From Candidatus Bathyarchaeota archaeon (GTDB lineage: Archaea; Thermoproteota; Bathyarchaeia; TCS64), in the NCBI GenBank assembly GCA_020346605.1, contig CP070784.1, positions 2,008,105 to 2,072,104 of the forward strand: 64,000 nucleotides of DNA. Direction: 5' to 3'. Under the pieces are notes generated by a model that did not search any database, was not told the DNA's origin, and worked only from the letters and a program-made list of their open reading frames with translations. Both the position numbers and the translations under genes were made by a program. Of this stretch, positions 27,823 through 35,998 are shown one piece after another (the first letter of the stretch is position 1; each line of letters opens with the position of its first letter).

Positions 27823-28887
27823 TTACCCCAGTCTACTGAGCAGTGCCTCGAACTCGGGGAGCTTCAGACCGGTCTTCTCCACCAGGAGCCTGTAGACCTT
27901 GTGGAGGTGGTCCGAGGACTCCTTCATCAACTCGAGGGCGCCTGCCCGGAGCCCGACCTGTTCCGCGCCCATGGCGAAGGAGGAGGAGACGTCCATCAGC
28001 CTCCTCCCCATGGCGAGGACCTCGAAGTACTCGATGCCCCTGACCTCGGCGCCCGAGGCCTCCTCGTAGGACTCCAGGATGATGTCCCTCAGGGCGGGGT
28101 CGTCGTAGGTGCTCATAAGCAGCATCGTCCACGCCAGGTCCGCCCTGTAGTCCCCGGCCATCGCTGCCGTCCAGTCCAAGACCACGAGGGATCCGTCCTC
28201 CCTCTGCAGCACGTTCTCCGTGTGGTAGTCCTGGTGGAGGATGGACAGCTCGACGGGAGTGACATCGGCGGCGTGCTCCTCGAGCCAACCGATGACGGGC
28301 CGGAGCCAGCTGATGTTCGTCTCCTCGATCCTCGCCTTGGCCCTTGCGAAGATCTCTTCCAAGTAGTCCCGGGTGTCCCCCTGCAGGAACTCCCCGGGGA
28401 AGAGGCTGGCGCCGTCCAGACGGTGGAGTTGGACCCAGATCCTGGTGAACCCGGCCATCAGGGAGCGGGCTTCCTCCTCGGGGACGCTGTGGAGCGCTTC
28501 GGAGAGGGTCCGCCCCCTTACGTACTCCATGACCGTGAACGGCCCGCCGAGGAGGGAGGCGTCCGTCTCCAGATGGAACAGCTCGGGGGCCGGGAAGCCC
28601 GCCTCGAAGAGCCTTGAGATCACTTTGTACTCGTCTGTGGCCTTTTGTGTGGCGTGGTCGCCGAGGAAGAGCCGTATGACCCTCTCCTCCCTAGCGCGTC
28701 TGCCTGCCTCCTCGTACTCCACGACGTAAGTGTAGAGCTCCGCCTCCCAACCTCTGGTTATGTCCCTGAGCTCAGAGACGGTCAGCCCCCCACGCTCCGG
28801 GTGGAGACGCCCGTAGTATTCCTCGATCCTCTCCTTCGTGACGAAAGAGGAATTCTCCCCTGATGCAACCTTGTTTCCTGTCGTCAA
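27823..28887 (-). CDS. phosphotransferase-family kinase (APH/choline-kinase fold), paralogue
   Basis: 354 aa with ILHQDYHTENVL and VLDWTAAMAGDYRADLA. Confidence 0.8.
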   Translation of the reverse strand: MTTGNKVASGENSSFVTKERIEEYYGRLHPERGGLTVSELRDITRGWEAELYTYVVEYEEAGRRAREERVIRLFLGDHATQKATDEYKVISRLFEAGFPAPELFHLETDASLLGGPFTVMEYVRGRTLSEALHSVPEEEARSLMAGFTRIWVQLHRLDGASLFPGEFLQGDTRDYLEEIFARAKARIEETNISWLRPVIGWLEEHAADVTPVELSILHQDYHTENVLQREDGSLVVLDWTAAMAGDYRADLAWTMLLMSTYDDPALRDIILESYEEASGAEVRGIEYFEVLAMGRRLMDVSSSFAMGAEQVGLRAGALELMKESSDHLHKVYRLLVEKTGLKLPEFEALLSRLG

Positions 28888-29153
28888 TTTTCTATCGTCT
28901 CTCGGAGCCGATGTTTAACCTGAACAGCCACTCGATTACTCTTAAACATATGTTACCCGCTGCTTCTGGCGGTCCCCGCCACGAGCAGTGAGTAGGAGGA
29001 AAGGCACAGAGGAGGAGAGTCTATTATAGCTGTCCAAGCTCCAGAGGCCGTCCTTGGGCTCGCGCCGGAGACATCATTAAGTAGGAGCGAATGGGTACAC
29101 CAAGATCAGAAACCGGCATCTAGTGAACGCCATTAAAGGGTTGAGATAGTGCC

Positions 29154-29816
29154 TTGGAGAAGAGCCTTCTGGCGATCATCGCTCACCCAGACGATGAGAC
29201 ATTCGGCTGCGGAGGAACCCTCGCGCTCCACGCGGAGAAAGGCTACAGCGCAGGGGTGCTCTCCCTCACGTGCTCGGAAGACGAGAGGCGGCGCGAGCTG
29301 AACGAAGCCGTTGAAGTCCTCGGCCTAGATGAGCCCATCGTCTTCGACGAGAGGACCCTCAGCCCCGGCTCCGGCCTGATCCGACGGATCTCCGACGTGA
29401 TCGTCGAGCACAGACCCGAGATCGTCTTCACCCACCTCCCGATGGACTACCACAGGGAGCACAGGGTCGCTCACAACCTCGTCGTGGAGGCAGTCGAGTG
29501 GGCGGCCCACACCACGGCCTACGAGGAGCCGTGGCAGGTGAGGAGGCTGCTGCTGGTTGAGGTGAACACCCTCATACCGTTGCCCCACGTCCTCGTAGAC
29601 ATCTCGGACGTCTACGAGAGGAAGGCGGAGGCTATAAGGCGGTACGCCACGCAGGTCGCCAAGTTTGACTGAGGGTACTACCAGAGGTTCGACAGGAGCA
29701 AGGCGGAGCTCAGGGGGGTGCAGGGGAATTGCCGTTTCGCCGAGGCGTTCCTCGAGGAGCCTCTGGCACGGAACGGCCCCTTCTACGAGGTAAAAGCCAC
29801 CAAGAGCCTTCTCTGA
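29154..29816 (+). pseudogene. PIG-L/LmbE-family deacetylase (BshB-like) interrupted by in-frame TGA at 29670-29672
   Basis: N-terminal AHPDDETFGCGGT and HREH motifs. The ORF stops after AKFD, but the same frame continues as GYYQRFDRSKAELRGVQGNCRFAEAFLEE, which contains the family's C-terminal (Y/F)AEAF motif. Total length would be about 220 aa. Confidence 0.7.
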
Positions 29817-29891
29817 TTTTGCTTTCTTGGAAGTTCCGAGAAAATCTTTAAACCCAACATACTGGTTGAATACACCGACAGGTGGAGCCCA

Positions 29892-30836
29892 ATGAATCTG
29901 TACGGACTCAAGGTGATCGACTTCCACTCCCACGTCCCGCTGCAACGCTCGGGCCGCCGGCGGAGCTGGAGGCAGAGGATGGTGGAGAGGTACGGCGAGG
30001 AGAGGACCGACATCATCCTGGAGAACTCGAGGCGCTACAGGGACGAGTGGAGGAAGATGTGGGCCTTCGGCCCCCCGGAGGAGGCGGTCCACAGCGACCA
30101 GGAGCAGGCGGACCGCTGGGTCGCCGACATGGACGCTAAGGGCCTGGAGAGGGTGAACTTCGTGATGGGCGGCGGCAACGAAAACCTCGCCAAGATCGTT
30201 GAGATGCACCCTGACAGGTTCACCGGCTTCGCCCACCACGGCGTCGTCAGCGAGGGGGCCGACAGGGAGCTGGAGAGGGCGGTCGAGGAGCTGGGGCTCA
30301 GGGGATTCAAGATGATCGCCTCCAGCCAGAGGACGTCCATCGACGACGAGTCCGCCTACCCGGTCTGGGAGATGGCTGAGAAGCTCAAGGTGCCGGTGCT
30401 CATCCACTTCGGCGTCCTGGGAGGCGGCGGCGGGCCCGCCTACGACCTCAGGAACATGAACCCCCTGACGCTGTGGAAGGTCTGCTCCGAGTTCCCCACC
30501 CTGGAGTTCGTGATCCCCCACTTTGGAGCCTGCTACTGGCGCGAGCTGCTGCAACTCTGCTGGCAGTGCCCCAGCGTCAGCATCGACACCTCGGGAAGCA
30601 ACCAGTGGATGAGATGGATGCCCGACGACCTCAACATGAAGGCGCTGTTCAGGAAGGCTGTGGAGACCGTAGGCCCCGGCAGGATCATCTTCGCCACCGA
30701 CTCCAGCTACTTCCCCAGGGGCTTCGCCGTGGAGTATCTGAGGGAGCAGGTCAAGGTCTGCTACGACATGGGGCTGGAGCAGAGCAGTATCGAGAAGATC
30801 TTCCACGGGAACGCCGCGAGGCTCCTGAAGCTATAG
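29892..30836 (+). CDS. amidohydrolase_2-type metal-dependent hydrolase
   Basis: 314 aa with VIDFHSHVP, HFG and ATDSSYFP motifs (TIM-barrel amidohydrolase pattern). GGTGGAG lies 4 nt upstream of the ATG. Confidence 0.75.
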   Translation: MNLYGLKVIDFHSHVPLQRSGRRRSWRQRMVERYGEERTDIILENSRRYRDEWRKMWAFGPPEEAVHSDQEQADRWVADMDAKGLERVNFVMGGGNENLAKIVEMHPDRFTGFAHHGVVSEGADRELERAVEELGLRGFKMIASSQRTSIDDESAYPVWEMAEKLKVPVLIHFGVLGGGGGPAYDLRNMNPLTLWKVCSEFPTLEFVIPHFGACYWRELLQLCWQCPSVSIDTSGSNQWMRWMPDDLNMKALFRKAVETVGPGRIIFATDSSYFPRGFAVEYLREQVKVCYDMGLEQSSIEKIFHGNAARLLKL

Positions 30837-30875
30837 TGAGGGCCTCACGGCTCTGATGGGATCCATCCACCCGTT

Positions 30876-32681
30876 TTGAAAGGTTTTTATTACGTTCCGG
30901 CTTTGATTAGCAGAACAGGGCAATCAATCGGGGTTAAATTGACGGAGAACACGAATCCACCAGCCCACGAACTCTACTCCAGCCACGTCGAGGGAGTGGA
31001 AGGCTCCAAGGTCGCCCCCAGGCTCTGGGGAGACATCCCCACCACGATGAGGGAGGCACACAGGCTCCTCTTGAAGAAGAGGGGAGAATATGGGGCCGCG
31101 CCCGACGCCCTCGAGGAGCTCAAGAGGGAGATGAAGGGCAACCTCAGGAGAATGGGGGTCCTGACGTCCAAGGTCGAGGAAGGCATCGACCGCATGGATG
31201 GGGGCGTCGTGGAGACAGGGCAGCAGCCCTATTGCCTTGGCGGCTCCAGCCTCATCCTCAACAAGATCGCCTATATCCACAGCCTCAGCGAATTGTGCGA
31301 CGGGGACCTCACACCACTGTTCTACGTCGCAGACTACGACGGCGTCCAGCCCGAGCTGCTCAACACGAGGCTGCCCAGCCCCTCCCCCAGGGGGCTCCTG
31401 ATCACGTACCCTACCGGCCCGGAGGAGACCGACGTCCCCATCTACAGGGTCCCGAACCCCGACGAGGACTGGCTGAGGAGTACGCTGGAGAGGATCGAGG
31501 GGAGCTACAAGGGCATCCTGGGAGATGTTGATGGGGGCGTCCGGTCCAGGACGCTTCTGAACCTCGCCCACTGTTTCACCGTGCTGAGAAACTCGTATCA
31601 CTCGACGGAGAACGTCTCGGACTGGTCCACCAAGACGATCGGCTCGGTCGTCAACCTCGAATCCGACCTCGGGGTCCCCATCTACCCATTCTCCATGCCC
31701 GGCACCCGCCGCCTCTTCCAAGGGGGTTACGAGCTGCTCCTTGCCGAGTCGAACCGGAGTAGATTCGTCGAGGCCTCCAACGATGCGTGCGGACTGGTGG
31801 AGGACTCCGGGTATCGGAGCCAGATAGGACGGCGGTCCGAGGACTACGTGCCCTTCTTCTTGGAGTGCCCGACCCCTGGCTGCAAAGGCAGGAGGGTTGA
31901 GCTGAAGTACCGCAGAGACCCGGGCTCCGCCAGCGCATCCGTCTCGGGGAAGTGCCCCCGTTGCGGCGAGGTCCACGAGTTTTCCTTCGACGCCAGCAGC
32001 CCCGACCTCACTGAGATCGTCGGCATGATCAGCCCAAGGGTCGACTCGCGGCAGGTCATCGTGGACTCGGTGATCCCCGTGCTGGCCCACGTGGGCGGCC
32101 CGGGGGAGACGAGCTACTACGCTGAGGTGATCCCTGCGGCGAAGGCGTTGGGGATACCGTTCCCCGTCTACCTCAGGTACAACAGGACTTTCTATAACAC
32201 CCCCTGGAATGCGGCCCTTGCGGAGAGGATCAGGGAGAGAAGCCATCCTACCATCGCCGGTGAGGGGCTGTTCTCCGCATTGAGCGGGTGGGTGGACGCC
32301 CGGAACGCCGGCGACGGGGAGAAGCTCAGGGGAGCCCATTCGGATATCAAGGGCTCCATCGAGGCCTCATACAGTGGACTACTCAACGCCCTGCAGTCCC
32401 TTCAGTCGGAGATCGACTCGATAAAGCGGAGACTGAGCGAGTCAGGAGACAGGCAGCCCCTGATAGCAGAGATGCGGGGCAAGCAGGACGAGGCTAGGCT
32501 CATCGAGCACTACCTGTCCATGGCCTTCGGCCGATTCAGCCCGGAGAAGTTCGGTCAGGAGGTGAACTGGGCCTGGCTGGACCTGGCGGCGGCCTCGGGG
32601 CTCGGGGACGTCATGGGGGTCTTCCTGCGCGAATACAATGAGAACACGCCGAACTCGTCGATGTTCTACATCAACCTCTAG
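30876..32681 (+). CDS. bshC: BshC-like protein (putative bacillithiol cysteine-adding enzyme) with Zn-ribbon insert
   Basis: 601 aa. The core VETGQQPYCLGGSSLILNKIAYIHSL...PLFYVADYDGVQPE matches the GGQQ...(W/Y)VAxxDHD region I recognise from BshC. The start is uncertain: TTG 30876 or TTG 30939, which lies downstream of a TTTTTATTA box. Confidence 0.65.
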   Translation: MKGFYYVPALISRTGQSIGVKLTENTNPPAHELYSSHVEGVEGSKVAPRLWGDIPTTMREAHRLLLKKRGEYGAAPDALEELKREMKGNLRRMGVLTSKVEEGIDRMDGGVVETGQQPYCLGGSSLILNKIAYIHSLSELCDGDLTPLFYVADYDGVQPELLNTRLPSPSPRGLLITYPTGPEETDVPIYRVPNPDEDWLRSTLERIEGSYKGILGDVDGGVRSRTLLNLAHCFTVLRNSYHSTENVSDWSTKTIGSVVNLESDLGVPIYPFSMPGTRRLFQGGYELLLAESNRSRFVEASNDACGLVEDSGYRSQIGRRSEDYVPFFLECPTPGCKGRRVELKYRRDPGSASASVSGKCPRCGEVHEFSFDASSPDLTEIVGMISPRVDSRQVIVDSVIPVLAHVGGPGETSYYAEVIPAAKALGIPFPVYLRYNRTFYNTPWNAALAERIRERSHPTIAGEGLFSALSGWVDARNAGDGEKLRGAHSDIKGSIEASYSGLLNALQSLQSEIDSIKRRLSESGDRQPLIAEMRGKQDEARLIEHYLSMAFGRFSPEKFGQEVNWAWLDLAAASGLGDVMGVFLREYNENTPNSSMFYINL

Positions 32682-33805
32682 CCCCGGACGACCTTCTCGT
32701 AAATCTCCTCGTACTGGCTGAGGACCCTTTCAGAGGTGTACCTCTCCAGCACCGTCCTGCGCGCAGCCTCGCCCAGCCTCCTCCTGAGGGCTCCGTCCTC
32801 GCTGAGCTCAAGAATCCTCTGGGCGATGGCCTCCGGGTGCTTCGGCTGGACCAGGAATCCGTTGACGCCGTCCTCGACGATCTCGGGAATCCCGCCGACC
32901 TCCGTGGCGACCACTGGGAGTCCGCAGCTCATCCCCTCCAGCAGGGTGAGGGGAGCACTCTCAGTCTCCGAGCAGAGGACCACGGCGTCGCTGCACCTGA
33001 GGAGGTTTGCGACGTCGCTCCTGTAGCCGGTGAGTTGTACGTTTCCGCGGAGGTCCAGGTGGTCGATGAGAGCCTCAAGCTTGTGCCTCTCGGGGCCGTC
33101 CCCGACGAGCATCAGGCGGACCCCGGGCTCCTTCTTCGCAACGATGTTAATCGCGTAGATGAGGTCCTGCACACGCTTCACCGGCCTGAAGTTGGAGATG
33201 TGGGCGACGACGATGTCCTTCTCGGCATCCCTCTCCAAGACCTCGCAGGGCGCCGGGCTGAAGGTCTCCGAGTCAACAAAGTTGGGTATGACGGCGATCT
33301 CCTTGGTGATGCCGAGGCGCTCGTAGGCCTCCTCCGCCATGAACTTGGAGACCGCCGTGACGGCGTCGGCCTCCTCCACCGAGTGAGTGTTCACGGGCAG
33401 GTAGGACCTGTCGCTGCCGAGGATCGTCACGTCGGAGCCGTGAAGCGTCACCACGTAGGGCACCCCCGTTATTCCCCTGGCCAGCAGGGCGGCGGTGGCG
33501 TGGGGGATGCTGTAGTGGACGTGGAGCAGGTCCAGCCCCTGCTGCTGGGAGACCCTGAACATCTCCGAGCCGAGGGCGATGGTGTAGGGCGGGTACTTGA
33601 AGAGGGGGTACTCGACGACCGTGACGAGGTGGACGTAGACGTTGTCGTGGTCGACCCCCTGGATCGCCACTGGCCTCTCGTACGTGATGAAGTGGACCTC
33701 GTGGCCCCTCCCAGCCAGCTCGACGCCCAGCCTGGTGGCGAGGATTCCGCTCCCTCCGACTGTGGGGTAGCAGGTGATGCCTATCTTCAACTTTGTCGAA
33801 CTCAA
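32678..33805 (-). CDS. bshA: N-acetyl-alpha-D-glucosaminyl L-malate synthase BshA (GT4)
   Basis: 375 aa. N-terminus KLKIGITCYPTVGGSGILATRLGVELAGRGHEVHFIT and FKYPPY are hallmarks of BshA. A GT4 EX7E region (VATEVGGIPEIVEDGVNG) is present. It shares a CTAG stop overlap with bshC. Confidence 0.8.
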   Translation of the reverse strand: MSSTKLKIGITCYPTVGGSGILATRLGVELAGRGHEVHFITYERPVAIQGVDHDNVYVHLVTVVEYPLFKYPPYTIALGSEMFRVSQQQGLDLLHVHYSIPHATAALLARGITGVPYVVTLHGSDVTILGSDRSYLPVNTHSVEEADAVTAVSKFMAEEAYERLGITKEIAVIPNFVDSETFSPAPCEVLERDAEKDIVVAHISNFRPVKRVQDLIYAINIVAKKEPGVRLMLVGDGPERHKLEALIDHLDLRGNVQLTGYRSDVANLLRCSDAVVLCSETESAPLTLLEGMSCGLPVVATEVGGIPEIVEDGVNGFLVQPKHPEAIAQRILELSEDGALRRRLGEAARRTVLERYTSERVLSQYEEIYEKVVRG

Positions 33806-33887
33806 AACGCGCCGCGTTCAGTGGGAGACATGGAAGGAGGCTATTTTAACCATTTTATTCCTGAAAACGGGAGGGTTCGCTGAGCTG

Positions 33888-34409
33888 TCAAGTGGGCGTG
33901 TTCATGGTGAGGATGCCAACCATCGTCTTTGCGTCCTCGATGACGTTCTCTTCAATCAATTTGAGGACTTCGCTCAGCTCCATGGCCTCGACGCTGATTT
34001 CCTCGTCAGGCTCGGGCGCGCTGCCCACGTCTTTGAGGTTCCGGGCCACGTAGAAGTGGATGACCTCGCTGCTGTACCCGGGCGCCATGAAACAGCTGAG
34101 AATCCGCTTGACCTCCCCGGCCTCGTATCCGGTCTCCTCCACGAGCTCCCGCCTGACGCAGTCCTCTATCGCCTCTCCGGGTTCGAGGGTTCCTGCTGGG
34201 AGCTCCAGCAGCATCTTGCCTGCGGCGTACCTGTACTGCCTCACGAGCACTATCCTCCCGTCCGGGAGAACCGGCACGATGGCCACAGCCCCGGGGTGCC
34301 TGATGACGTTCCTGTACGTCCGCCTGCCACTGGGGAGCTCCACCTCATCCTGAAGGAAGCTGAAGTTCCTCCCCTCGTGGATCAGCTTCGAGTTTATGGT
34401 CTTCTCCAT
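33888..34409 (-). CDS. NUDIX hydrolase (ADP-ribose pyrophosphatase-like)
   Basis: 173 aa with Nudix box GTLEPGEAIEDCVRRELVEETGY. Confidence 0.9.
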   Translation of the reverse strand: MEKTINSKLIHEGRNFSFLQDEVELPSGRRTYRNVIRHPGAVAIVPVLPDGRIVLVRQYRYAAGKMLLELPAGTLEPGEAIEDCVRRELVEETGYEAGEVKRILSCFMAPGYSSEVIHFYVARNLKDVGSAPEPDEEISVEAMELSEVLKLIEENVIEDAKTMVGILTMNTPT

Positions 34410-34419
34410 CTTCGCCTCC

Positions 34420-35892
34420 TCAGTACCTGCTCCGGCCCCAATACCCCTCGGTGTAGTCCAACAGGTGCCTGAGGTCGTTTCGGTCTATGGCCGCCTCGGC
34501 CTCCCTCTGGGCCATCTCAAGGACCTCACCCTCGTCGACGGTCTTCACTACGCCGTCCTCCATGAGCACGTCGCCGTCGACCAACACCGTCGCGACGTCG
34601 TTCCCGTTTGCGTAGTAGGCGACTCGATCCACGGCCATGTTCATGGGGTACATGTGGGGCCGACGGGCGTCGACCAGGATGATGTCCGCCCTCTTCCCGG
34701 GCTCTAGGGAGCCCAGCTCGCGGTCCAGCCCCATCGCCTTGGCGGCGTCCACGGTGGCCATCTCCAGCACTTTCCCCGGCGGCATGACCCGGGGATCCCT
34801 GTAGTGGCGCCTGTGGTACCTCATGCACTGGAACATGTGCCTGAACATGTCGAAGCTCCTGTCGGGGGCGGAGGCGTCGGACCCCAGCATCACAGTGACG
34901 CCGACGTCCAGCAGCTCGGGGACCGGACACCTCGCGGTCATAGAGGCGACAGCGCTGGGGTTGTGCACCACCCTCGTGTCCGTCCTCATGAGGAGCCCTA
35001 TCTCCTCGTCCGTGAGGTCCGTGGAGTGGGAGAGCAGCGCGTCAGGGCCTAGCAGGTCGAGCTCGTTGTGTGCGAACTTCACAGTCCCACCCGTGTGACC
35101 GTCCTGCGTGAAGAGCACACCGTACCTCTTCGAGAGCTCCCTCGCGGCCTGCGCCATGTACTTGACGTCCTCGAGCTCCGACCCCGTGATGGGCGTTCTC
35201 TCCGGGTGCGACGTGGGCAGCATCATGCAGACGTTGACTCTGCCGTCCTCCCTGTTCCACCTCCTGATCAGCGCCTCGCTGACACTCAGCTGGTCCTCGA
35301 AGGAGACCTCGTGGTCGCTCCTCTCCCAGCCGTCCCACCTGGAGTACCTCCTGGGGAAAGGGGGTCTCCTGGGCCCGACGGCGAGGTACTCCCTGACCCC
35401 GACCTTCTCGACGGCGCCGCAGTGGCGGTCACCGTAGGCGGTGTCGTCCGTCCTCATGACGCTGTCCCCGCCCCCGAAGAAGGTGAGGCTGCAGGTCACC
35501 CCGAACCTGAGCCGCTCCACGGCCGTCAGCAGCGCCTCCGCCTCCCAGAACTCCTCCGTGGAGCCCTCCGCGTAGACCCTGTCGCAGGCCTGGTACCATA
35601 GGTCGTTGTGCATTCCCAAACTCTTGATGAGCCCATGGCCGGCGTGGCTGTGCCCGTCGAGCAGCCCTGGCATCACGATCTTCCCGGAGGCGTCGATGGT
35701 CCTGGATGCGGAGTGCTTGGACCCCAGCTCCGCGGAAGAACCGACTTCCAGGATTTGACCGCCGTCCACCGCCACGGCGCCGTCCTCCAGCACCCTCCTG
35801 CCCGGGTCCATAGTGATGACGGTGCCACCAGTTATCAGAATGTTTACCAATGCAGTACAGGCTTGGTGTATGCTGTTAAAAAATCGTACCAC
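34420..35892 (-). CDS. amidohydrolase (chlorohydrolase/aminohydrolase, deaminase-like)
   Basis: 490 aa with ILITGGTVITMD...VMPGLLDGHSHAGHG (HxH), and downstream HTGG and GSDA motifs. Confidence 0.75.
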   Translation of the reverse strand: MVRFFNSIHQACTALVNILITGGTVITMDPGRRVLEDGAVAVDGGQILEVGSSAELGSKHSASRTIDASGKIVMPGLLDGHSHAGHGLIKSLGMHNDLWYQACDRVYAEGSTEEFWEAEALLTAVERLRFGVTCSLTFFGGGDSVMRTDDTAYGDRHCGAVEKVGVREYLAVGPRRPPFPRRYSRWDGWERSDHEVSFEDQLSVSEALIRRWNREDGRVNVCMMLPTSHPERTPITGSELEDVKYMAQAARELSKRYGVLFTQDGHTGGTVKFAHNELDLLGPDALLSHSTDLTDEEIGLLMRTDTRVVHNPSAVASMTARCPVPELLDVGVTVMLGSDASAPDRSFDMFRHMFQCMRYHRRHYRDPRVMPPGKVLEMATVDAAKAMGLDRELGSLEPGKRADIILVDARRPHMYPMNMAVDRVAYYANGNDVATVLVDGDVLMEDGVVKTVDEGEVLEMAQREAEAAIDRNDLRHLLDYTEGYWGRSRY

Positions 35893-35998
35893 CGGCTTCT
35901 GTCATACGCTTGGAGGCGACTCGCTACATGCCTATGGAATGAAATCGACGTGGAGAGGGTATTTTAATAGAATAACCATGCTTAATATCGGGAAATCC

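Noticed and set aside
28888-29153. 266-bp intergenic region with a purine-rich tract (GTGAGTAGGAGGAAAGGCACAGAGGAGGAGAG), considered as a possible ncRNA or riboswitch.
   Set aside because: No convincing conserved secondary structure or known riboswitch core was recognisable by eye, and only a 26-codon ORF is present. It is treated as a shared divergent promoter region.
29670-29672. Reading the in-frame TGAs (29670 and 63109) as selenocysteine or as a reassigned sense codon (Trp or Gly genetic codes).
   Set aside because: Numerous conserved genes end at TGA at their expected C-termini, including the MFS at 1490, the response regulator, lemA, DUF2207, VOC and arsM. Neither protein family is a known selenoprotein, and I could not identify a convincing SECIS-like structure by eye. 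The question is left as a check rather than a claim.
29325-30806. Very long antisense ORFs. This one is 493 aa; others include 30924..32339 (471 aa), 37072..38415 (447 aa), 52262..53398 (378 aa), 32837..33883 (348 aa), 14987..15955 (322 aa) and 455..1384 (309 aa).
   Set aside because: They lie opposite or out of frame to genes with clear family motifs. They are extremely rich in Arg/Pro/Gly/His/Leu and lack recognisable domains. They are typical shadow ORFs of high-G+C DNA, where stop codons are rare.
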